From positions 1 to 54,818 of the IMG/VR virus record IMGVR_UViG_3300008113_010961: DNA of 54,818 bases; one strand, given 5' to 3'. The translations under genes and the position numbers were made by a program. This stretch comes from a virus. Lineage: Duplodnaviria; Caudoviricetes. Shown here piece by piece: positions 39,072 through 46,710 of the stretch; the stretch's first letter is position 1, and the number at the start of each line of letters is the position of its first letter. Below the pieces are notes generated by a model. The model worked only from the letters and a program-made list of their open reading frames with translations. It did not search any database and was not told the DNA's origin.

Positions 39072-39887
39072 ATGAACTATAAAATGCTTTTTAAAGAATG
39101 GCTTGGAAAAAGTCCAGAAGTTAAGTATGGATTTAGGCCAAATGTCACTGCTATTCAAACTCCATTCTATGAGCTTGAACCCATCGAAGTATTTGACGTT
39201 GAAAAATGCCTTAATGCTTTGGCTGATACTGGAAGATTGGATGGCAAAGAAGCAAATGATATATGGAAGACTCAATTGTCATACGGACATGGACTAGGAA
39301 AGATTACAGTAACCAGCTCTCCATACGGATCTTATAAATTTGTAATACGAAGATATGTTCCAGATGCAGTAGGTAATCTAATTCCTTTGTGCAGACTTGT
39401 AATACCGCTAACAAATGATTACAACCACAGGGGTCCAAATGATCCCGGTGAGGAAATTCTTGCAGTCAAAATTTATGATAAACTAAAACAAATCATGTCT
39501 GAGCCTTATCCGGCTCCAAACAAGAATTATCAGAATAAATTTGCAAAATTAGTTTACAACTTCAGCAAGGCAGTCAAACTAAAACACCCAGCTATTATGG
39601 TTTATCAAGGTACTGTAAAGCTAGATGATAACAACTATATCATTAGTTTTACATTTAAAGGTTATGGAAATGGTGTTCCTAATTCACTGAAAGCCGAAGA
39701 ATTCCTTATCAACTGGCAATATCTTCCAGAAGTAGGGCTCTTACGATGCTGGGGATATGATGTTGTATCGCCTGTTAAACAAAGAGAGTGGCAGCCAGCA
39801 CCAAGCGAATGGGATGAATATTTTTCTCCAAACCAGCCAGAAAAACAAATCATGAGCTGTGTTATGGAAGCATTCATGACATATTAG
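39072..39887 (+). CDS. Hypothetical protein
   Basis: 271-aa ORF; LFKEWL leader. Confidence 0.7.
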   Translation: MNYKMLFKEWLGKSPEVKYGFRPNVTAIQTPFYELEPIEVFDVEKCLNALADTGRLDGKEANDIWKTQLSYGHGLGKITVTSSPYGSYKFVIRRYVPDAVGNLIPLCRLVIPLTNDYNHRGPNDPGEEILAVKIYDKLKQIMSEPYPAPNKNYQNKFAKLVYNFSKAVKLKHPAIMVYQGTVKLDDNNYIISFTFKGYGNGVPNSLKAEEFLINWQYLPEVGLLRCWGYDVVSPVKQREWQPAPSEWDEYFSPNQPEKQIMSCVMEAFMTY

Positions 39888-40563
39888 TCTCAAATGCAAA
39901 TAAATCTTGATAAATCTTTTTAGCATTATCCACGTTAAATTTATCAAAACTTACCGCATCCGTTCTTTCATACAGATCTTTTTTAATTTCTTCTGGCAAT
40001 TTTTTAACCCATTCCGACAAGTAAAAGTAAATTGGCTTTATTTTTTTTAAAATAGCAGCAGTTCTAACCTTGCTACTTTTTGAATTGAATGTCTCAAATG
40101 TTAAATTAGCACCGCAAATATTTTGTATTTCCTTTAAACTAACTATCAAATCATATTCCATGTCTGAATCTTGCATGGAATAAGTTTGTTTTGTTAACTT
40201 ATTGGCTTCTGCTACTAATTTCTTCCAATAGAACCAACGTCTTTCTGCTGGCTCTCCTGTTAAAATAACAGGCTCAACTAACACAGGTAAACCTTGTTGT
40301 TGTATCTTTTTAAACAGTGTTAATTGTGCTTTGATGAAATATTCGTATTCCTCTATGGTTTTGAATTGTCTTTCTTTAATTAACTTGAGAATTGTTCTAA
40401 AGAGAACACTTTTGCGTAAATTTTTTAATTGCGGTATTTTTGAATGCATGTATGTAGGGAAAAGCGTTCTTGAGTGTTTAATCCAGACGCAACATATTCT
40501 GTATGCCGTATCCTCTGGGCCTTCAAAATTAAATTTCATGCTTAGTTCTGGATCGTAATTCAT
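39874..40563 (-). CDS. Hypothetical helical protein
   Basis: Likely start ATG 40563 (MNYDPEL...); the upstream extension in the ORF track runs into the structured non-coding element. Confidence 0.65.
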   Translation of the reverse strand: MNYDPELSMKFNFEGPEDTAYRICCVWIKHSRTLFPTYMHSKIPQLKNLRKSVLFRTILKLIKERQFKTIEEYEYFIKAQLTLFKKIQQQGLPVLVEPVILTGEPAERRWFYWKKLVAEANKLTKQTYSMQDSDMEYDLIVSLKEIQNICGANLTFETFNSKSSKVRTAAILKKIKPIYFYLSEWVKKLPEEIKKDLYERTDAVSFDKFNVDNAKKIYQDLFAFETNMS

Positions 40564-40620
40564 AAGTTTAATCCTAGTCAGTTTATTTATGTTTGACAAT
40601 GGCGGAAGCACTAAAATATT

Positions 40621-41065
40621 GCATGCATGAGTAAGGCGAATTAACGGCCTGAAAGTACATCGAGTTTCCTTCATAAAACTTGTGTTTTAACTGAACACCT
40701 GTGGAAATAAGGAAATGGAAAAACCATGCTGGGTCTTAATGATCAAGAATTCTTAACCTAGTCGGTTATTTATTCAGATCACTTAGGATGAACCCCTAGG
40801 GTACCCACGAGATCCTTAGTACTGGCAACAACAACAAGGTGTGCCTTATTCCAATCCAATTTAGGCGGGTAGTTCCATACAAGAATGAGTATTACTCAAG
40901 GTGGTATGGACAGGAATTAAGGTTAAGAGTTGTAAACAGTTAAGTAAGTCATTCGAGTATCTTAAAGACCCTTTAAACACAGTAGATAACACTTAAATTA
41001 TCTATTGTTTTTTAAAACGGCTCTTTAAGAACCCGCCCCTCGGTCTGTAGTGGTGATTAAAGAAT
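40621..41065 (+). ncRNA. Candidate large structured non-coding RNA (unidentified class)
   Basis: Essentially ORF-free gap with many complementary segments: 40748-59/40920-31, 40960-41030 long hairpin, 40781-89/40812-20, 40874-80/40904-10, 40665-71/40709-15, pseudoknot 40864-70/41031-37; G-U pairs favour the plus strand. Confidence 0.5.
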
Positions 41066-41076
41066 TCTCATATCTC

Positions 41077-41104
41077 TTGCAATTTGTTATATTTGTGGTA
41101 GAAT
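41077..41104 (+). promoter_or_regulatory. Sigma70-type promoter with extended -10
   Basis: TTGCAA-16 bp-TAGAAT with TG one base upstream of the -10 box. Confidence 0.5.
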
Positions 41105-41129
41105 GTTAGAATTAATGCAAGGAGATTAC

Positions 41130-42434
41130 ATGCAATTGCAAGACATAACAACTAAGTTGTTTGATTTCTTCAAGCAAACAAAAGTTATCTTCGTTACATG
41201 GGATCCAAAATCCTTTGATTCTACCACTCTAGCTAAGTTACAGGTGCGCATAAAATTTGAAAATTCAAAAGGCCTCTCTGTTACATTTCCGCTGAACGCC
41301 AGCAATTGTTTGCTATTTACAAATATTCTTGAAAAAATGGATCAGGCAAAGCGAACTGTATTTGTCGGTCATGATTTCAAAATACTTTTTACTTTTTTCC
41401 GTAGGCTTAACAACAAACTTTTGGACATAGCTAACGTATTTGATTTAGAATGGTTTGAATCCTACTACAGCAAAGAAAGCTCTGTTGGCAACCTTGCACT
41501 TCAGGCCAAACACCTCAAAGAATGGCTTGGTAATGAAGAAGCACTCAAGACTTATTCCAACGTATTTTCAAAATTAATTGTTAAGACTTTGCCAGCAATA
41601 GAAAGCAATGGTCTGATTAACAACAACCTTGGGCTTATGGTTTTCCCGAACTTCGTTGTAGAAGGTCAGACTAACGGCAGATTATCTTGCATTTGTGAAT
41701 ACAAACGTTGTTACAACCCTCACAGCTTGTCTGATGATGAAAAGGCTGATCTGCATTTAACTAAGGAATCCGAAATGTTTGTTTGGTTTGATTACAACAA
41801 TATGGAAGTTAGTGTTCTGGCGGAATTGGCTGAAGATGACCAATTGAAAGAAATAATTACTAATCATCCGAAGCTAGTTTATGAAAAAATATTTGAAGCT
41901 GTCACAGGGACAACAAACACAGAAGCAAGAAAAATTGCCAAACAAATGTTCTTGCCATGCATCTATGGTCAAGGTGCTTCAGGCTTGGCCAAAAGCCTTG
42001 ATATAAGTCTGGACCAAGCAGCAATCTATTTGCACAACATGAGAAATAAGTTTTCAAAAAGTTTTGCATTTGTTGAGAATGCTCAAAAATTGGCAGAGGA
42101 AAACCAAGCAGTTTCTGACAGGTTTGGAAGGATCCGTAGGTTCCCTTCTGGCGACTCGTTTAAGGCTCGAAATTTCGCAATACAGGCACCTTCTGCCCTT
42201 CTTTGCCTCGAAGCCCTTGTGAACCTGCAAGAGGTCGCAGAATCGCTTTTTAAGGTCATGTTTACGGTACATGACGGGTATTGTATTTCTGGTGATAAGA
42301 GGAATTTGGAAGAGGCTTACAGAAAGGCAAAGACCGTTCTGGAAAAGCCCTCACGGTTTCTATCAGTAAAGTTGAACGTTTCAGCAAAACTAGGGAGAAA
42401 CTTAGCGAAAATGACATCCATAGGAAAAAGGTAG
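41130..42434 (+). CDS. polA: Family A DNA polymerase, reduced (no thumb, degenerate 3'-5' exonuclease)
   Basis: TNGRLS, motif A DYNNMEVSVLA, motif B RKIAKQMFLPCIYG, NFAIQ, motif C VHD; AAGGAG RBS before ATG 41130 (alternative start 41103). Confidence 0.8.
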   Translation: MQLQDITTKLFDFFKQTKVIFVTWDPKSFDSTTLAKLQVRIKFENSKGLSVTFPLNASNCLLFTNILEKMDQAKRTVFVGHDFKILFTFFRRLNNKLLDIANVFDLEWFESYYSKESSVGNLALQAKHLKEWLGNEEALKTYSNVFSKLIVKTLPAIESNGLINNNLGLMVFPNFVVEGQTNGRLSCICEYKRCYNPHSLSDDEKADLHLTKESEMFVWFDYNNMEVSVLAELAEDDQLKEIITNHPKLVYEKIFEAVTGTTNTEARKIAKQMFLPCIYGQGASGLAKSLDISLDQAAIYLHNMRNKFSKSFAFVENAQKLAEENQAVSDRFGRIRRFPSGDSFKARNFAIQAPSALLCLEALVNLQEVAESLFKVMFTVHDGYCISGDKRNLEEAYRKAKTVLEKPSRFLSVKLNVSAKLGRNLAKMTSIGKR

Positions 42435-42437
42435 ATT

Positions 42438-42998
42438 ATGTTATCAGTTTTTAAAAACTTTCCAGTAAGCAATGATGAGTATATCAAGCTAGATAAAAAA
42501 TTCGGACAGCTTTGTTATTATGCTTCTTGGCAACTTATCAGGAAAAACAGTGCTAATAATCACCAGTTTGATCTTGAGGATGTTTCACAAGAACTAATGG
42601 TTGCCGTGTTGAGGGCTGCTAGTTACTACAAAAGACAGGTGTATATTGACAGCAGTTTAACAGCGTTGCAGTCTGCAAAGTTAGATAAAACAAGCAAGTT
42701 TATTTTGAAGGAATTAGAAAACCTTTGGAAAAATAGAACTAGGCATGGTGCTAGCAGGCAGAAGTTTGGAGATTATCAGGAACAAATTCTAAAAGACTTT
42801 TGTAAAAAATTTCTCCCTGCTAATTTAATTCCGCCCGTTGATCGGCCATTAATTATGGAAACCAAATTTTTAACTTATTGCAAACAAATTTTATGGAATG
42901 CAACAAAGCATTTGGGTCGTAAAATTAGTAGAGAAAAGCCACTAAGAGCAGGTCAGGTTAGCTTGAGCGACCACGATTACTTAAGCTCGATTGAGTAG
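42438..42998 (+). CDS. Sigma-factor region 2-like protein
   Basis: DLEDVSQELMVAVLRAASYY and FLTYCKQILWN resemble sigma region 2 motifs separated by an insertion. Confidence 0.5.
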   Translation: MLSVFKNFPVSNDEYIKLDKKFGQLCYYASWQLIRKNSANNHQFDLEDVSQELMVAVLRAASYYKRQVYIDSSLTALQSAKLDKTSKFILKELENLWKNRTRHGASRQKFGDYQEQILKDFCKKFLPANLIPPVDRPLIMETKFLTYCKQILWNATKHLGRKISREKPLRAGQVSLSDHDYLSSIE

Positions 42999-43000
42999 AT

Positions 43001-43073
43001 TGGAGAGTTAAGGAGTTGAACCTTATGTACAGCTTTATAAGAACTGCCCTCAAAACCGTCGAGGACACTCTCC
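43001..43073 (-). tRNA. tRNA-Ile(UAU)
   Basis: Cloverleaf: acceptor GGAGAGT/ACTCTCC, D-stem CCTC/GAGG, anticodon stem CAGTT/AGCTG with loop CT-TAT-AA, T-arm TAAGG-TTCAACT-CCTTA, discriminator A; CCA not encoded. Confidence 0.85.
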
Positions 43074-43076
43074 ATT

Positions 43077-43150
43077 TGGGCTTCCTCGGACTTGAACCGA
43101 GAACCGAACGATTATGAGTCGTTTGCTCTAACCGATTGAGCTAGAAGCCC
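43077..43150 (-). tRNA. tRNA with CAU anticodon, most likely tRNA-Ile2 (lysidine type)
   Basis: Acceptor GGGCTTC/GAAGCCC, D-arm GCTC/GAGC, anticodon arm AACGA-CTCATAA-TCGTT resembling bacterial Ile2 (ileX), TTCAAGT loop; lacks initiator-Met features. Confidence 0.9.
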
Positions 43151-43158
43151 TCGTAAAA

Positions 43159-43187
43159 ATAGTAACAAAAGTAAAATTGAAAAGCAA
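43159..43187 (-). promoter_or_regulatory. Sigma70-type promoter of the tRNA pair
   Basis: TTGCTT-17 bp-TACTAT with extended -10 TG, 8 nt upstream of the tRNA 5' end. Confidence 0.65.
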
Positions 43188-43315
43188 GAGGATTTTATCA
43201 TGCTATTCCGTTCATATTGTGTTTCATATTCAAGGGTATTTGCCTTGCAAATTTACAGTACACCGATTACAACATTGGGATTCAGTTTTTGCAATTGTTG
43301 GACTGGGAGAAAGAT

Positions 43316-44074
43316 GTGGAGCAGCCCATTAAGTTCAAGAAGGGTGATATAAGGGAAGACGGTAGGTTATTTTGGAAATACGATGGAAAAGTGTGCTTGG
43401 GTCGTCCTATTTGGTTAACACCAGAATCATTTGCAAAGATGGAGAATAGTGTAAAGTCCAGAAATAAGAGACATTTAGAAAGATACAAAGAGGAGCAGAG
43501 CAAACTGCCTCCAGAGGAAAGAAACTATAGAGGAAAATTTATACCTGAAACCGGACTGTATTTTGCTTATGTTAGCACAAGTGGTAAAGCGGTTTATAAA
43601 ACTGCTGAAGAATACAAAGCTTGGATATTCAAACTTAGAAAAACCTGCCGCAATTATCATAGTCGTTGCAAGAAATTACCACCACCATCTTGTGTAGTTG
43701 GTGATCGTCATCCGACTAATCCTAATTTGTATGTGCGAAGAATTTATGGTCATAAAGTTTTTTATGGCACATATGAAGAGGCGCAAAGATGCATCAAGGC
43801 CGCACAAGAAAGAAACATCAAGCATAAGCTCAAAAATAGAATTAAAATCAAGGAAAGGTGTAATGAACTCAGGAATGAAAGGTTAAAGCATACGATTGAC
43901 AATCCTGAATTACGTAGGAAGAGAGGGGATATAGATCCTGTTCTAGGCAGAGTATTTTGGGAATATTCTCATTGCGGATTTGAAAGGTGGGTTAGCAAAG
44001 AAAAATATGACGAGAAGATTGCTAAGAGGAGGATAGCTCATTTGAAAAGGACTGAGAAAAAAAATAAAAGTTGA
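43316..44074 (+). CDS. Basic hypothetical protein with repeated (K/R)GD...(F/Y)W-x-Y modules
   Basis: GGAGA RBS before GTG 43316; repeats KKGDIREDGRLFWKY, RGKFIPETGLYFAY, VGDRHPTNPNLYV, KRGDIDPVLGRVFWEY. Confidence 0.65.
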   Translation: MEQPIKFKKGDIREDGRLFWKYDGKVCLGRPIWLTPESFAKMENSVKSRNKRHLERYKEEQSKLPPEERNYRGKFIPETGLYFAYVSTSGKAVYKTAEEYKAWIFKLRKTCRNYHSRCKKLPPPSCVVGDRHPTNPNLYVRRIYGHKVFYGTYEEAQRCIKAAQERNIKHKLKNRIKIKERCNELRNERLKHTIDNPELRRKRGDIDPVLGRVFWEYSHCGFERWVSKEKYDEKIAKRRIAHLKRTEKKNKS

Positions 44075-44128
44075 AAATGTTTATTTCTTCGCAATGCATA
44101 TAATTTTATAATTATTGCGAGGAATAAA

Positions 44129-44650
44129 ATGATAGAGTTACCCTTGGATCAGGAAATTTTAAATGCAGCAAAAGAGAAAGCTATAGCACAAGGAAGTAAC
44201 CGAACTTCTTTTATGCGTGGCAAGGGAAATTATGTTGGTTATGTAGGTGAGTATGCTGTAAAGAAAGCATTGGGTATTCCATTTGAGCCGTCAACAAGGG
44301 ACTACGATTTTATTTTGAACGATAAGCGGTATGACGTTAAGTCTAAGAAGACGAGCGTTATTCCGAAGATGACTTATGATGCGAGCATCTGCAAATTTAG
44401 CAAAGCGCAAGAATGTGACTTTTACATTTTTTGCAGGGTTTATTTTCCAATCAAAGACGCTGGTCCCGAAAAAGTATTTGTAATGTCGTATTATCCTAAG
44501 AGTGATTACATGGCGGAGGCCAAGTTTCTACAGAAGGGGGAATACGATCCCTCTAACAGGTATTCGGTTATGGAAGACTGTTACAACTTGAGGTATGACC
44601 AGTTGAAATGTGCTAAGGAAATATTTGGAGAAGTATGTTGTTTAGGCTAA
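44129..44650 (+). CDS. PD-(D/E)XK nuclease-like protein
   Basis: GYVGEYAV...DYDF...YDVKSK...CDFYIF; GAGG RBS. Confidence 0.6.
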   Translation: MIELPLDQEILNAAKEKAIAQGSNRTSFMRGKGNYVGYVGEYAVKKALGIPFEPSTRDYDFILNDKRYDVKSKKTSVIPKMTYDASICKFSKAQECDFYIFCRVYFPIKDAGPEKVFVMSYYPKSDYMAEAKFLQKGEYDPSNRYSVMEDCYNLRYDQLKCAKEIFGEVCCLG

Positions 44651-44856
44651 AACCTGAAATGTATATAGTAAGGGGCGAGACATTGGAAAGTGCCCCCAAG
44701 TATGGCAGATCATTTTCTTGTCATTGGATGAGAAGTTGGTATTGGAGTTGGACCAAGATATTTAATTACAATGACAATTTTTGTTATTGTTGGGGCAGCA
44801 AAACGATGTCGCAGTACACTTGGTATGGTATAAGGCATGATAAGAGTAAGGTGTGA
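44635..44856 (+). CDS. Small hypothetical protein
   Basis: 73-aa ORF with GGAG upstream, overlapping both neighbours. Confidence 0.4.
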   Translation: MLFRLKPEMYIVRGETLESAPKYGRSFSCHWMRSWYWSWTKIFNYNDNFCYCWGSKTMSQYTWYGIRHDKSKV

Positions 44857-45082
44857 TGCTAATTTAACAGGCGTACCATTAGACAGGGCGACTCCGTTTT
44901 TTCTTTACAAAAACAGTTTAAATTATTCTCAATCATTACAAAATAGTAAGATTTTTGGTGATAGCTCTGATAGTAATTTTAAAGGCTTTTCTTGTTCACA
45001 TTCTTGGAAACAAATTTCATTTAGACATATTGGCAGTATATTTGGTAGGCAGCCTGAAAGTAGTATTAAATTAATAGTCTAA
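44837..45082 (+). CDS. Small hypothetical protein
   Basis: 81-aa ORF with ATG start in the plus-strand run. Confidence 0.4.
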   Translation: MIRVRCDANLTGVPLDRATPFFLYKNSLNYSQSLQNSKIFGDSSDSNFKGFSCSHSWKQISFRHIGSIFGRQPESSIKLIV

Positions 45083-45134
45083 TAATTCATATATTTTAAT
45101 ATATAACTCTATAGTCCCATACTATGGAGTTGGC

Positions 45135-46016
45135 ATGCCTAGTTGTATTTCTGTTTTTAGCAATGTGGATTTTATATACACAACTTTACCTCCATCTCAA
45201 GATGGGTTTAGTATAGCCATTGCACAGGCAACACCTACTCCAACTCCAGCGCCGACTACGCCGCCGACACCTACACCAAGTCCTTCGCCGAGCGAATCGC
45301 CAGCGCCTACAGCGTCACCAACAGCCACACCAGCATCAACTCCAAATCCGTCAGCTAGTGCAACGCCTGTTCCTACTGAGTCGCCAACGGCTACGCCTGC
45401 ACCTACAAATTCACCTACAGAAACACCTTCGCCATCACCGAGTGCGACACCAGCACCAACGCCGTCTCCGACATCGGCGGCGTTGTGTATTACTGTTGAC
45501 GGATCTACCAACAACTTTAGTACTGCACAATTATCAAGTCCTAATAATGGATTCAGTTTCTTCAATAATGTGATTGTTAATCCAACGCCTACTGTAACTC
45601 CAGTGCCGCCAACACCATCGCCTACACCGGCGGCTGGATTTAGCACTGATGCTTGTGCTCCAAGCAGCCCAACAGGTTATGGGTCAGGATTTACAATGTC
45701 GGTAACTTTCCAATCGGCAAATGCTGGAGACCCAACAAGCTTTGTTTGGTTCCAAATGGATACAACAGGAAGGATACTGCATATAGATAATGCTGTAGAT
45801 GTTGGGTTAGATAGTGCTGGATTGCAGAGAGCCGCTTACACAGGAAATGATGCAGGATGCCCGGGAGCAACTAATCCCATAGGTGTGCAGAATTTAAAAT
45901 ATAGCGACATGACAGGTGCTGGTAAGAACTTGGCCGGTGTAACTTTGGTTGGATTAGCTTACACTAGTTCTACTGTTGGTGGTGGCCCCGGGCCTTATAC
46001 TGTTTGGTTTGAATAA
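45135..46016 (+). CDS. Pro/Thr/Ser-rich putative virion surface protein
   Basis: GGAG RBS; PTPTP/SPTP stalks separating small beta-rich domains. Confidence 0.7.
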   Translation: MPSCISVFSNVDFIYTTLPPSQDGFSIAIAQATPTPTPAPTTPPTPTPSPSPSESPAPTASPTATPASTPNPSASATPVPTESPTATPAPTNSPTETPSPSPSATPAPTPSPTSAALCITVDGSTNNFSTAQLSSPNNGFSFFNNVIVNPTPTVTPVPPTPSPTPAAGFSTDACAPSSPTGYGSGFTMSVTFQSANAGDPTSFVWFQMDTTGRILHIDNAVDVGLDSAGLQRAAYTGNDAGCPGATNPIGVQNLKYSDMTGAGKNLAGVTLVGLAYTSSTVGGGPGPYTVWFE

Positions 46017-46030
46017 AATAAAGAGGAAAA

Positions 46031-46702
46031 ATGGCAACAGATCAAGTAAAGTTCAATATGGTATGTGACGGATGTGTTGAAATAGCAGTCAATGTGGCTG
46101 CTGGTTCTCCTACCGTCACGGTTGTTGATACTAATGGTACTTTGGGTACTGTTACTGCTGGAAATAGCCAGACTTTCAATGATTATCTTGTAAACGGCAA
46201 TTCAGCTACTGTTTCAATACCAGACGGAAGTACTGTAGCATCGGGTAAAATAACAGGAACAATAAAGTATACAGTTTGTCCCACACCGACTCCTGCACCA
46301 CCAACGCCAAGTCCTACGATAGCGCCTACACCATCGCCAACGCCCGGAGGCGGACCATTAATTAGTGGTGGCGGAAGTTGTTTCGTCCCAGAGCCGTGGC
46401 CTTCCTCCTATGGTTCTGGCAATCAATATACTGTCACGTTTACTGGTGATAGTAATATCCAGTCGTTCCAGCTGCCGAGTGATTCTTATTGGTTATTCGC
46501 AAATAATCCTAATTGCATAGTGTTTATAAATGGTTGCGATCAGTTTGTATCGGATTTCATGGCAAGCGGATTGGGCAATGTATCTGGTGCTGTGAATGGA
46601 GCGTTCTATCTTGGTAACACTCCCGCTTTGACAACATTGGCTTTGAATGTTTCTGGCGCACCAAGCTATCCGCAATCAATACAAATGTGGGCAAATACAT
46701 AA
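46031..46702 (+). CDS. Pro/Thr-linker putative virion surface protein
   Basis: GAGG RBS; beta domain + PTPTP linker + C-terminal domain; N-terminal domain resembles that of 46711. Confidence 0.7.
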   Translation: MATDQVKFNMVCDGCVEIAVNVAAGSPTVTVVDTNGTLGTVTAGNSQTFNDYLVNGNSATVSIPDGSTVASGKITGTIKYTVCPTPTPAPPTPSPTIAPTPSPTPGGGPLISGGGSCFVPEPWPSSYGSGNQYTVTFTGDSNIQSFQLPSDSYWLFANNPNCIVFINGCDQFVSDFMASGLGNVSGAVNGAFYLGNTPALTTLALNVSGAPSYPQSIQMWANT

Positions 46703-46710
46703 GGTAAACT

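Noticed and set aside
40593-40620. TTGACA as the -35 box of a promoter for the structured element
   Set aside because: The best -10 (TAAAAT) is only 13 bp away and the hexamers at 16-18 bp are poor, so it is not supportable as a feature.
40621-41065. Identification of the structured element as tmRNA, RNase P RNA or a group I intron
   Set aside because: It has no tRNA-like ends or ...AA-stop tag frame, no GAGGAAAGUCC-type RNase P core, and no interrupted gene on either side.
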